Positions 55,395 through 64,000 of a DNA stretch of 64,000 bases are shown in pieces. The position numbers were made by a program, and so were the translations under genes. Location: positions 480,001 to 544,000 of the forward strand of contig OZ240215.1 of the NCBI GenBank assembly GCA_965197585.1, in the 5' to 3' direction. This DNA comes from Dehalococcoidia bacterium (lineage in GTDB: Bacteria; Chloroflexota; Dehalococcoidia; Plut-88900). Within the stretch, counting starts at the first letter, position 1; each line of letters starts with the position of its first letter. Below the pieces are notes generated by a model. That model ran no database searches, was not told the DNA's origin, and worked only from the letters and a program-made list of their open reading frames with translations.

Positions 55395-56591
55395 TTGGCA
55401 CAGTCAAACCCGACCTACCCCATGTTCTCCCGACAGGAGATGGACCGCCGACTCGCCCGAGCCCGCTCGCTCATGGCACAAAACGACTTGGACGCACTGC
55501 TGATCACGGGTGAACACAACTTCCACTATTTCGTGGGCGCTGCCCCAAGCATCGGCCCCAACGAGTCCCTGGCCCGACCCTCGGCTTTCATTTTGCCCGC
55601 TGTAGGCGATCCGATAATCGTTTCCCAAGGCCGGGACAACATCGAGCAAGGCACCTACATCACCGACATCCGGGACTATTTCGACGTGTTGCAGTTCCCA
55701 TACGAGCTGGTTGGAGAGGCTTTGCGGGACAGAGGATTGAGCGCCGGGCGGATAGGGGCGGAACTTGGGCAGGAACAGAGAATGGGAGTGCCGGTCGGGG
55801 ACTACCTCAGCATCGTCGGCTCGATGCCCGAGGCCCGGTTTGTTGACGCCGCAGACGTCATCATCAAGACTCGCATGGTCAAGTCGGATGAGGAAGTGTC
55901 ATACATGCGTGAGGCGGCTCGCATTACTGCCAGGGCCCGACATCGTCTGTACACGGACTACTTGACTCCCGGAGTAACCGAGCGCCAGTTGGCGCGCCAG
56001 TTCCAAAAGCTGGTCCTTGAGGAGGGCGCAGACGGCACGTCCTTCGTCCACTTCCAATTTGATATACAGTCGGAGTTGCCGGGGGCTAAGCACGCATTTC
56101 ACTATGACAGGCCTCTGAGACCGGGCGTCATACTGGGCATCGACACCGGGGCCCGGGTCGGGATGTACACCGTCGACTACCCACGTATGGTCTCCCTAGG
56201 CCCGTCCACTGACAGGCAGAGGCGGCTCTACAATCAACTCCTCGAAGTGAACCGCCGTATGGTAGAGGCGCTGAGACCTGGCGTCGAGGCGGCGGACATT
56301 CACAGGGCCGGTGTGCAGGCGATGAAAGACCTGGGAGTAGAGACGGACAACCCTGAAAGGCTCACGGGTGGCAGCCGCATGGGTCACGGGCAAGGGATAC
56401 AGTTCACGGAGCCCCCCAGTGTGACGCCCACCGACCATACGGTACTTGAAGTAGGTTCTGTTATAAGCACGGAGCCGGGAATCGGGGACGATGAGTTGCA
56501 CCTGCTGTGGGAGGACACCCACGTGGTCACAGAGACCGGCTCAGACCTTATCACGACTGAGTCGGACGAGTTACGGGAGGTCGCGTTCTAG
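55395..56591 (+). CDS. M24 (Xaa-Pro/creatinase-like) peptidase family
   Basis: AAGGAG + TTG start; RMVKSDEE, IDTG...VDYPR, GHGQG, TEPG, WEDT. Confidence 0.88.
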   Translation: MAQSNPTYPMFSRQEMDRRLARARSLMAQNDLDALLITGEHNFHYFVGAAPSIGPNESLARPSAFILPAVGDPIIVSQGRDNIEQGTYITDIRDYFDVLQFPYELVGEALRDRGLSAGRIGAELGQEQRMGVPVGDYLSIVGSMPEARFVDAADVIIKTRMVKSDEEVSYMREAARITARARHRLYTDYLTPGVTERQLARQFQKLVLEEGADGTSFVHFQFDIQSELPGAKHAFHYDRPLRPGVILGIDTGARVGMYTVDYPRMVSLGPSTDRQRRLYNQLLEVNRRMVEALRPGVEAADIHRAGVQAMKDLGVETDNPERLTGGSRMGHGQGIQFTEPPSVTPTDHTVLEVGSVISTEPGIGDDELHLLWEDTHVVTETGSDLITTESDELREVAF

Positions 56592-56645
56592 CTGTACAGG
56601 CACGCCCTTACCATTTTTAGCGCCTTAGATAACACCTGTCCACGT

Positions 56646-56674
56646 TTGACATCACTCCTAAACAACGCTAAGCT
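56646..56674 (+). promoter_or_regulatory. Sigma70-type promoter of the sulfite reductase operon
   Basis: TTGACA (56646-51), 17 nt, TAAGCT (56669-74). Confidence 0.8.
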
Positions 56675-56683
56675 TCAGCACTA

Positions 56684-56734
56684 ATGAATAACGGATATTG
56701 GCTTGATAACTGCGTCTGTATGTGCCGGAAATAG
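56684..56734 (+). CDS. Cys-rich leader peptide MNNGYWLDNCVCMCRK (attenuator uORF)
   Basis: ATG about 10 nt after the -10 box with no SD (near-leaderless); codons TGC-GTC-TGT-ATG-TGC; TAG at 56732, followed by attenuator hairpins. Confidence 0.7.
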   Translation: MNNGYWLDNCVCMCRK

Positions 56735-56766
56735 GGTCGGCGCTAATCCGGCTTGGCACAGCGTTG

Positions 56767-56804
56767 CGCCCCTACGATGAAGTCTAATCGAAGGGGCGTT
56801 TTTT
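56767..56804 (+). terminator. Attenuator terminator
   Basis: CGCCCCT-A-CGAT-gaagtcta-ATCG-A-AGGGGCG followed by TTTTTT, upstream of the reductase RBS. Confidence 0.8.
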
Positions 56805-56838
56805 ATTGCAATAGAGAAATAGGGGAGATCAGGGCTAA

Positions 56839-58653
56839 ATGACTACCGTTGAAAGAGACCCTTCCATAAAGGATAAAGCCGGTCTTGACTACTCAAAGGG
56901 GATAATTCCCTACCTGCCCCAGGAAGTCTCCGACTTCGAGACCGAGGTAACAAGCTTCCAAAAGGGCGGTTGGGAAGACCCCCTGAAATTCACTGCCTAT
57001 AGGCTCGTCCGAGGCATATACGGTCAGCGCCAACCTGATCTCCACATGATCCGCATCAAGATGCCTGCCGGCAGCCTTACCGCAGACCAACTCGATGCCG
57101 TAGGCGAAGTCGTTGATAAGTACGTTCCCCTCAACAAGGGCCACGTCACCACCCGGGAGAACATCCAGCTTCACTTCGTAAATTTGGAAGATACCCCTGA
57201 TGTCTTGCGGATACTCGGGGAGGCGGGTCTCTCTACCCGTGAGGCCTGCGGCAACACCGTGCGAAACGTCATCGGCTGCCCCCTCTCCGGCGTCACCCCC
57301 GACGAGCCCTTCTACGTAGGCCCCTATCTGGCGGCCTTCGCCCGGTGGTTCGTACGGCATCCCCAGGCCCAGGCGCTCCCCCGAAAGTTCAAAGTAGCCT
57401 TCGCTTCTTGCAATGACGACTGTGTCGTCACCGCTATCCATGACCTCGCCTTCAAGCCCAGGGTCCGGGTCGACGAGAATGGCGTCGAGCGCCGTGGCTT
57501 TGAAATGATCACCGGCGGCGGCACCTCCATCATGCCCCGACTCGCCTACACCCTCTACGACTTCGTCCCTGTCGAGGACTTCCTCCGGGTCAGCGAGGCC
57601 GTAGTCCGCATCTTTAACCGCACGGACGAACTCCGACGTAACCGAATGAAGGCCCGGATCAAGTTCTACATCGACCGGGTAGGCATCGACGTTTTCCGTG
57701 AGCTGGTCGAAGAAGAGTTGAAGCAGCCCTGGGCCCAGGAGCCCTACGATCCCGAGCCTCTCATGGAACTCCCTCCCGAGCTCATTGACGAGCCCCCCGC
57801 CCTTGTGCCTGTAGAGAGCAATGGGCAGCGGTCTCCTGCCTTCGACCGGTGGGTCTCGAGCAACGTACACCGGCAGAAACAGGACGGCTACAACGTCGTC
57901 ACTGTCAAGCTTCCTCTCGGCGATATCTCCACCGAGCAGTTCCCCATTCTCAGCCGCATCGCCCGCGACTTTGCCGGTGGCCGCATCCGGACCACCGTGG
58001 AGCAGAACGTGGTTTACCGGTGGGTCCCCACAGGCGTGTTGAAAGAAGTCTGGCGTCAGCTTAAGGACGCAGGCCTCGGGGAAGCAGGAGCCGGAGAGAT
58101 CACGGATGTCGTCTCCTGCCCCGGCACGGACAGCTGCAAGCTCGGCATAACATCTTCAATGGGTCTGGGTCAGGCCGTCGGCGATGCCCTTAGGGAGGCG
58201 GCCTATGAGGACCCGCTAGTCAGGTCCCTCCACGTGAAGATCAGTGGCTGCCCCAATGGTTGCGCCCGGCATCACATCGCAAACATCGGATTCCACGGAG
58301 CAGCTACCCGCGGAGCCAACAAGAGCCAGATACCCTCCTACGAACTTTTCATCGGCGGCAGCTTCGGCAGCGATGAAGATGCCCGATTTGGCAAGAGAGT
58401 CAAGACAAAGGTACCTGCCAAGAAGGTCCCCAGCCTCGTGAAGGATATTGTCCACTTCTACCAGAACGAGCGCGAGCCCCAGGAGGTTTTCAACCGCTTC
58501 GTCGACCGCGTCGGCACCCAGCCCTTTGAAACCCTCGCCGGCGCCTACAAAGAGACGGGCCCCTTGAACAAGGAGAACCTCAACACCTACATGGACTGGG
58601 GAAAAACCCGCATGTTCAAGGTCGAGCGCGGCGAGGGAGAGTGCGCGGTATAA
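56839..58653 (+). CDS. Siroheme/[4Fe-4S] nitrite/sulfite reductase (ferredoxin-type, likely assimilatory sulfite reductase)
   Basis: GIYGQRQ, TTRENIQLH, CGNTVRN, LPRKFK, CPGTDSCKLG, SGCPNGC. Confidence 0.92.
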   Translation: MTTVERDPSIKDKAGLDYSKGIIPYLPQEVSDFETEVTSFQKGGWEDPLKFTAYRLVRGIYGQRQPDLHMIRIKMPAGSLTADQLDAVGEVVDKYVPLNKGHVTTRENIQLHFVNLEDTPDVLRILGEAGLSTREACGNTVRNVIGCPLSGVTPDEPFYVGPYLAAFARWFVRHPQAQALPRKFKVAFASCNDDCVVTAIHDLAFKPRVRVDENGVERRGFEMITGGGTSIMPRLAYTLYDFVPVEDFLRVSEAVVRIFNRTDELRRNRMKARIKFYIDRVGIDVFRELVEEELKQPWAQEPYDPEPLMELPPELIDEPPALVPVESNGQRSPAFDRWVSSNVHRQKQDGYNVVTVKLPLGDISTEQFPILSRIARDFAGGRIRTTVEQNVVYRWVPTGVLKEVWRQLKDAGLGEAGAGEITDVVSCPGTDSCKLGITSSMGLGQAVGDALREAAYEDPLVRSLHVKISGCPNGCARHHIANIGFHGAATRGANKSQIPSYELFIGGSFGSDEDARFGKRVKTKVPAKKVPSLVKDIVHFYQNEREPQEVFNRFVDRVGTQPFETLAGAYKETGPLNKENLNTYMDWGKTRMFKVERGEGECAV

Positions 58654-58660
58654 GGCTTGC

Positions 58661-59029
58661 ATGGGCATAAGCCGATCCAGGGCGCAGGACTACGCGGAGG
58701 AAATCCTCGAAAAACCGCGCGCTGCCATTCCTCTCACCCTCAAGCGGTCGAAGTCCGGCGTAACCCTCTTGCACCGCGGTCGTGCCGTGACCAAGTGCCA
58801 CGCAACGGGAGTCGGAGAGTTGCAAGCCGAGTTCATGGCCGAAGCCCTCGGCGCGGAATTGCCTGAGCCTGACTCCTCTACGTCGATTGAAGTCCCGGCA
58901 GGAGTCTTCTACCGGGCCATTGCCATCTCATCCCTAGACCTCCGCAAGCCCGAAGCCCGCGTCCTCCTCGAACAGTACCTGGCCACTGCCCAGATGCAGC
59001 GCTCAGGTATGCGTAGCATAGAGGCCTAA
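58661..59029 (+). CDS. Hypothetical protein
   Basis: Co-oriented 7 nt after the reductase; natural-looking sequence. Confidence 0.6.
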   Translation: MGISRSRAQDYAEEILEKPRAAIPLTLKRSKSGVTLLHRGRAVTKCHATGVGELQAEFMAEALGAELPEPDSSTSIEVPAGVFYRAIAISSLDLRKPEARVLLEQYLATAQMQRSGMRSIEA

Positions 59030-59051
59030 CGCAAATACCCGGAGACTCCCA

Positions 59052-59396
59052 GTGCTGCTAGTATTAGAAGTAGAAGAATCGGAGAACAGCCTTTTCGACG
59101 TGACCCGCAGCTTCCAGACCATCGGAGACCCGAGGCCCATCTCGAAAGTCGCCGCCTTCGCGCCCGACGGAACTGAAGGCGTATACGAGGTAGTCGGCTG
59201 GTCTTCCGAGGGCGCTGTAACCGCCTTCGCCGCTCTGGTTGATGACTCCGGTGAAGGGGCCGCCCTACTCGTCTATGGCGGAGAAGAGGGCATTCGCCTC
59301 CGGCCCCAGGACTCGGCTGACGACTGGTCTCTCGAAGATGCCTCTCAGTGGGGCGAGGTCTTCCTGCTCCTGGATCGCGAAACCTTCACAGAGTGA
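59052..59396 (+). CDS. Hypothetical acidic protein
   Basis: GGAG RBS, GTG start, co-oriented in the same operon. Confidence 0.6.
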   Translation: MLLVLEVEESENSLFDVTRSFQTIGDPRPISKVAAFAPDGTEGVYEVVGWSSEGAVTAFAALVDDSGEGAALLVYGGEEGIRLRPQDSADDWSLEDASQWGEVFLLLDRETFTE

Positions 59397-59431
59397 GAGC
59401 AGGCAGAGAATAGGGCGCCGTCTAGCCCTGC

Positions 59432-60472
59432 TCACAATAGCAGGATTAGAAGTATACCCCCGAACAGAGTGAGCACCCCTGCTATCCCTGTCGGGTTCAC
59501 CCTCTCCCTTAGCACTATCGCCGACAGCGTCGTCGTCCAGAATATCTGTGTCGACGATAGCGCTGCCGCTATCGAAAGGCCCGCTCTTTGTACCCCGACC
59601 AGGAACAACATGCTGGCGACGCCCAGAGATATGCTCCCGTTCGTTACTGCCACGCCTGACATCCGGTACGACCATCCGGACCGGAAGCGCCTCCTCCTTC
59701 GGTCCGAGTCTTGATGAGCTATAGACCCTTCAAGTTTCAGGACTCGACGCACGGTGCGCGCAACGAGTCCCTGGGAGAGCGCTTTCTTGACCCGTCTTCC
59801 GAAACCCAAAGCAGCGTCCTCTTCGCTCGGCAGCAGTATGTCGTTAACTCCCAGCCCGGACATCACAGTCAGGAAAATACATACTGCCGAAAGCCGGGTC
59901 ATGTTCAGCAGTGGTGGGTCCATGTGACGCAGAGCGAACCCCTGAATCGTAAGACCTGATACCCAGAACGCTGCCACCAGCGCCAGCAGAAGCACACCCT
60001 TAAACCCCAGCCACGAGGCTTGATTTTTATCCGTATATCTGCGTTGGGCAAAGCTGACCAAGTACACCCCCAGCGCTATTACTACCACCCCCAGTACGTC
60101 GTAGCGAGAAGGCGTCTCTCCCAGAACGAATATCCCCGATAGCAGCGAATAGCTCGATAGCAGTCCAGCCACCATCGGCCAGGCCTTGCTGATGTCCACG
60201 TTTCTCAGGAACAGCAGGTACAGAGGCTCGCCCAGCCCGATGTTGATAATCCCGCCGAGAATACCGAGGACCAGGTAAAGAGTCGGAATACGGGTCAGCT
60301 CCCCGATATCAGAGATCGTCAGCACGAAGATCAGTCCGGCCAACGCCCCTCCCCCCGACCCCAGCGCTCCCAATGTCAGCGGTCTGAACCGGGATACCAG
60401 CGTCTTCTGCACAATTCCCGTCATCGAGAACAGAAGCGCCGACGCAAGGACCGATAGTTCGCCTATCGGCAT
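59432..60472 (-). CDS. DMT/EamA family transporter
   Basis: About 10 TM helices in two repeats (LGETP..., LRERV...). Confidence 0.85.
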   Translation of the reverse strand: MPIGELSVLASALLFSMTGIVQKTLVSRFRPLTLGALGSGGGALAGLIFVLTISDIGELTRIPTLYLVLGILGGIINIGLGEPLYLLFLRNVDISKAWPMVAGLLSSYSLLSGIFVLGETPSRYDVLGVVVIALGVYLVSFAQRRYTDKNQASWLGFKGVLLLALVAAFWVSGLTIQGFALRHMDPPLLNMTRLSAVCIFLTVMSGLGVNDILLPSEEDAALGFGRRVKKALSQGLVARTVRRVLKLEGSIAHQDSDRRRRRFRSGWSYRMSGVAVTNGSISLGVASMLFLVGVQRAGLSIAAALSSTQIFWTTTLSAIVLRERVNPTGIAGVLTLFGGILLILLL

Positions 60473-60563
60473 GTCATCTTCTTTTCATAACAAGCGTTCA
60501 CCCTTCAAGCGCAATATAATACTCTCGAAACCTCCGACAAATACACTCTAAGAGGAGCATGTT

Positions 60564-61895
60564 ATGGTGGGAAGCACCCCCAGACTCGATTTGACAACCA
60601 ATAAGCAATGGATCGAGGCGGGGCAGCGCTGGTCCCTCAACACTTGGCAAAAGTTCCCTATCGTTCCCGCAAGGGGTCTCGGCTGCTCCCTTTGGGATGT
60701 GGAGGGTAAGGAATACCTGGACATGATGTCGGGGCAGCTCTGCGTTTCCGTCGGCCACAGCCACCCCCGACTTCTGGATGCCGTGACCCGTCAGTCGGCA
60801 CTCCTGATGCAAACGGGCTCATCCTTCACCACCCCGCAGGAAGTTGCCCTATCCAAACGCCTGTCTGAGCTTACTCCGGGGGACCTTCAGAAGCCCTTTT
60901 ACGGCTGCACGGGCTCCGACTCCGTGGAGACCGCCATCCGCATCACCCGGTTCGCCACAGGACGGCAGGAACTGATATCTTTATCCGAAAGCTATCACGG
61001 CCTTTCACTAGCTGCCTGGAGCGTCACGGGCCGCGGCTACCGTCGGGGCCACCCCGAATACGGCCCGGGCCTGCCGGGCGTCACATTTCTCCCCACCCCA
61101 AACTCCTACCGTTGCCGCTTCTGTTCACGACAGGACGGCTGTTCCCTGGCATGCTTCGACTATTCAGTCGAAATGATCGATCTCAATACCACTGGCGAAC
61201 CGGCTGCAGTGATAATCGAGCCGGTCCTCGGTGGCCCCATCGTCGTCCCGCCTCCAGGGTACATGCAAGCCCTCCGACGCTTTTGCACCGAGAGAGGCGC
61301 CCTGCTCATCATGGACGAGGCCCTCACCGGTCTGGGGCGCACAGGTAAATGGTTTGCCGCCGAGCACCACAACGTCGTCCCCGACGTCATGACCCTTTCC
61401 AAAAGCCTGGGCGGGGCCGTGCCCCTGAGCGCGACCCTCGTCTCGGAGTCCGTCGCTCGCAAGCTGGAGGAGGGAGGTTATGCTCAGAGCACCTCCCACA
61501 GCGGCGACCCCTTCCTCTGCGGCGTCGGTCTGGCCAACCTGGACATCATAGAGTCCGAGGGCCTGGTCGAAAGGGCGGAGGTTATGGGAGACTATTTTCG
61601 AACGGGCCTCGAGACTTTGCGTGACCAATACGAGATCGTTGGGGATGTGCGGGGCGTGGGCTTACTACTGGGTCTTGAAATCGTCACTGACAAATCCTCG
61701 GCTCACCCCGCCCCCGACCTGATGGACCAAATCACCAGCTACTGCCTCCAAAAGGGCCTGATACTGTTCACCACTCACGGCACGCCCGTCATCCGTCTCG
61801 CACCGCCACTAGTCATCGGCGAGCCGGAGATAGACAAGGCTCTTGCCATAATGGAGGAAGCCATACGCGCCGTATCGGAGGGTGTCGGGTCCTAG
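60564..61895 (+). CDS. Class III PLP-dependent aminotransferase
   Basis: WDVEGKEYLD, TGSDSVE, SYHG, DEALTGLGRTG, SKSLGG. Confidence 0.93.
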   Translation: MVGSTPRLDLTTNKQWIEAGQRWSLNTWQKFPIVPARGLGCSLWDVEGKEYLDMMSGQLCVSVGHSHPRLLDAVTRQSALLMQTGSSFTTPQEVALSKRLSELTPGDLQKPFYGCTGSDSVETAIRITRFATGRQELISLSESYHGLSLAAWSVTGRGYRRGHPEYGPGLPGVTFLPTPNSYRCRFCSRQDGCSLACFDYSVEMIDLNTTGEPAAVIIEPVLGGPIVVPPPGYMQALRRFCTERGALLIMDEALTGLGRTGKWFAAEHHNVVPDVMTLSKSLGGAVPLSATLVSESVARKLEEGGYAQSTSHSGDPFLCGVGLANLDIIESEGLVERAEVMGDYFRTGLETLRDQYEIVGDVRGVGLLLGLEIVTDKSSAHPAPDLMDQITSYCLQKGLILFTTHGTPVIRLAPPLVIGEPEIDKALAIMEEAIRAVSEGVGS

Positions 61896-61926
61896 ACCCT
61901 CATCCTCGAGAAAAAGGAGAGCCATC

Positions 61927-63696
61927 ATGACCTATCCCGGTATCGAAAGCCTTCGGCCCACTTTCATGGGAACCACCCACATGGTCGCTGCCGGCCACTA
62001 CCTTGCCGCCGAGGCCGGGTACCGCATCCTTGAGCAGGGAGGCAACGCCGTTGATGCGGGAGTTGCCGCTGGCATTGCCATCAACGTACTCCTGCCGGAG
62101 AGCACCAATTTCGGTGGCGTAACGCCTATCATGATCTATCTGGCCGCGTCTGATTCCGTGCTCACCATTAGCGGCCTGGGCCGCTGGCCCCGAGCTGCCA
62201 ACATCGACTACTTCATGGAACACTCCGGCGGCGAAATCTCCAAGGGGATCCTCCAGAGCATCGTGCCCGCCGCCCCCGATGCCTGGCTCACCGTCCTGGA
62301 ACGATATGGGACCATGACCTTCGGGGAAGTCGTTACCCCCGCCCTCCAGCTCGCCCGGGACGGATTTCCAATGAACCCCGTCACCTACGGAGGCTTGTTG
62401 GAAGATGCCGACCCGGTCAACGGCACCCTTGGCCGATGGCCCTCCACCCATGAGATTTTCATGCCCGATGGCCGAGTCCCCCCGGTTGGCAGCATATTTG
62501 TCCAGTCCGACCTAGGTCGTACCTTCCAGCGCCTCGCAGATGTAGAGGCTGCCAATGCCCACCTCGGCAGGCCTGAGGCTATACGTGCCGCACGGGACTA
62601 TTTCTACAAGGGAGACATCGCCCACGAAATGGCCCGCTTCAGTGAAGAGCAGGGCGGCCTCATTACCTACCAGGACCTCCACGACTTCACAGTGAAGGTC
62701 GAGCCCCCGGTGAACGCAAGTTTCCGGGACTACACCATCTACACTTGTGGTCCTTGGTGCCAGGGCCCGGTCGTAGGGCAGGTGCTCCAGATGCTTGAGG
62801 ACGATGACTTGGAAGCCCTGGGCCACAATTCAGCCGACTACTTGCATCTCTACACCGAGGCTATGGACCGGGCTTTCGCAGACCGCCACCACTACTACGG
62901 AGACCCCGATTTCATAGACGTACCCATCGAGGGGATATTGTCCAAGGGATATACGAGCTCCCGCCGCTCCGACATCGACATGTCCCGTGCACCGGGCCGT
63001 ATGCCCGAACCCGGCAACCCCTGGCCATTCCAGAGTCCTCCTAAGGGGGATAGGATTGTGGTCAATTCGGCAGGTGCTCAGCCTGTTCCCGTGGCCGGTG
63101 CCTCAGCCGCGGACACCAGTTACACCTGCGTCGTCGACAAATGGGGCAATGCCTTCTCTGCGACTCCCTCCGACCCCGTATCCGAAAGCCCCGTTGTTCC
63201 CGGCCTGGGCCTCGTGATGTCAGGTAGGGGTTATCAGAGCTGGCTCGACCCAGATATGCCCTCGAGCCTCGGGCCCTGGAAGCGTCCTCGCCTCACCCCC
63301 AACCCCGCCATAGCCTTCAAGAACGGCAAACTCTTCATGCCTTTCGGCTGCCCCGGCGGCGACGCACAGCCCCAGGGAATGATCCAGACTTTCCTCAATA
63401 TCGCCGTTTTCGGAATGAGGCCCCAGCAGGCCATAGAAGCGCCCAGGGTCACGTCCTGGAATTACCCCAACTCCTTCTGGCCCCACACCTACCTCCCGGG
63501 AAGGCTACGGGTCGAGGGTCGGATATCCGCCGAGATCCGCGCTGAACTCCAAAGAAGAGGCCATGACGTCGAAACCCTACACGAGTGGTCCCAGGCCCAC
63601 ACCTCTTCGGTCTCCGCAATAGTAGTTGACCACGAAAACGGCGTTTTGCTGGGAGGAGCAGACCCCCGCCGCGAGACCTACGTCATGGGTCGCTGA
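61927..63696 (+). CDS. ggt: Gamma-glutamyltransferase family protein
   Basis: GGNAVDA, autoprocessing site DTSYTCVVD, PWKRPR.T, PGGDAQ, GGADPRR. Confidence 0.9.
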   Translation: MTYPGIESLRPTFMGTTHMVAAGHYLAAEAGYRILEQGGNAVDAGVAAGIAINVLLPESTNFGGVTPIMIYLAASDSVLTISGLGRWPRAANIDYFMEHSGGEISKGILQSIVPAAPDAWLTVLERYGTMTFGEVVTPALQLARDGFPMNPVTYGGLLEDADPVNGTLGRWPSTHEIFMPDGRVPPVGSIFVQSDLGRTFQRLADVEAANAHLGRPEAIRAARDYFYKGDIAHEMARFSEEQGGLITYQDLHDFTVKVEPPVNASFRDYTIYTCGPWCQGPVVGQVLQMLEDDDLEALGHNSADYLHLYTEAMDRAFADRHHYYGDPDFIDVPIEGILSKGYTSSRRSDIDMSRAPGRMPEPGNPWPFQSPPKGDRIVVNSAGAQPVPVAGASAADTSYTCVVDKWGNAFSATPSDPVSESPVVPGLGLVMSGRGYQSWLDPDMPSSLGPWKRPRLTPNPAIAFKNGKLFMPFGCPGGDAQPQGMIQTFLNIAVFGMRPQQAIEAPRVTSWNYPNSFWPHTYLPGRLRVEGRISAEIRAELQRRGHDVETLHEWSQAHTSSVSAIVVDHENGVLLGGADPRRETYVMGR

Positions 63697-64000
63697 GCTG
63701 TCTCGCCATCCGGCGTCTAACGGACCAGACCGTGCCCAGCAAAATCCCTGCCCCGATAAGAACTAGAACGGACACCGCTGCCATCATGGGGGCAAACTCA
63801 GCGGTTCTGCCTGCCCACATGTTCATTGGAAGGGTCTGGAAGTCCCGTGTCTTCAGGATCAGTGCCACTATCACTTCGTTGAACGACACCAGGAAGGCCA
63901 AAAAACCCGCGAGGGCCAGACCTGGGTATATCTGGGGCAGCAGTATTCGACGCAGTGTCGTCAGCCGATTCGCTCCCAGGCTCATAGCCACCCGCTCTTG
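63683..64000 (-). CDS. ABC transporter permease (PotC-like), 5'-partial
   Basis: EAA-loop region AMSLGAN...ILLPQI.PG, FLVSFNE, TLPM. Confidence 0.85.
   Translation of the reverse strand, partial: QERVAMSLGANRLTTLRRILLPQIYPGLALAGFLAFLVSFNEVIVALILKTRDFQTLPMNMWAGRTAEFAPMMAAVSVLVLIGAGILLGTVWSVRRRMARQLSDP

Noticed and set aside
56690-56810. SAM or other riboswitch upstream of the sulfite reductase
   Set aside because: No SAM-I/II or T-box consensus is visible; the uORF plus terminator/antiterminator explains the structure better.

Overview
Two compartments. (1) About 1-19.7 kb is a decaying integrative/mobilisable island. It carries a giant repeat-rich surface protein with a GSDH beta-propeller, four small HTH genes, a frameshifted TraD/TrwB-like coupling ATPase, a Replic_Relax-type protein with an apparent internal duplication and a truncated PAPS-reductase-like gene. 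It also carries an IS481-like element with intact TIRs and a 5-bp TSD, an NYN RNase behind a promoter and a two-hairpin RNA, a HEPN-motif protein, a large serine recombinase with a structured leader and a broken HNH/Excalibur nuclease gene. (2) About 20-64 kb is intact chromosomal backbone: amidohydrolases, LLM oxidoreductases, hydantoinase/oxoprolinase A+B, a CoA-transferase, hicBA, CIRCE-hrcA-grpE-dnaJ-prmA without dnaK, plsY-der-argF-fur, a 2-oxoacid/acetoin dehydrogenase operon with two E1-beta genes, thiol dioxygenase + rhodanese, a sulfite/nitrite reductase, a class III aminotransferase and GGT. The gene repertoire suggests Chloroflexota (Dehalococcoidia/SAR202-like), but this is inference only. 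The most notable unannotated signals are a Cys-rich leader peptide (MNNGYWLDNCVCMCRK) with full terminator/antiterminator architecture before the sulfite reductase, and a promoter-sRNA-terminator-NYN cassette resembling an RNA-antitoxin system. No rRNA, intact tRNA or CRISPR array was seen. All calls were made by eye without database searches.
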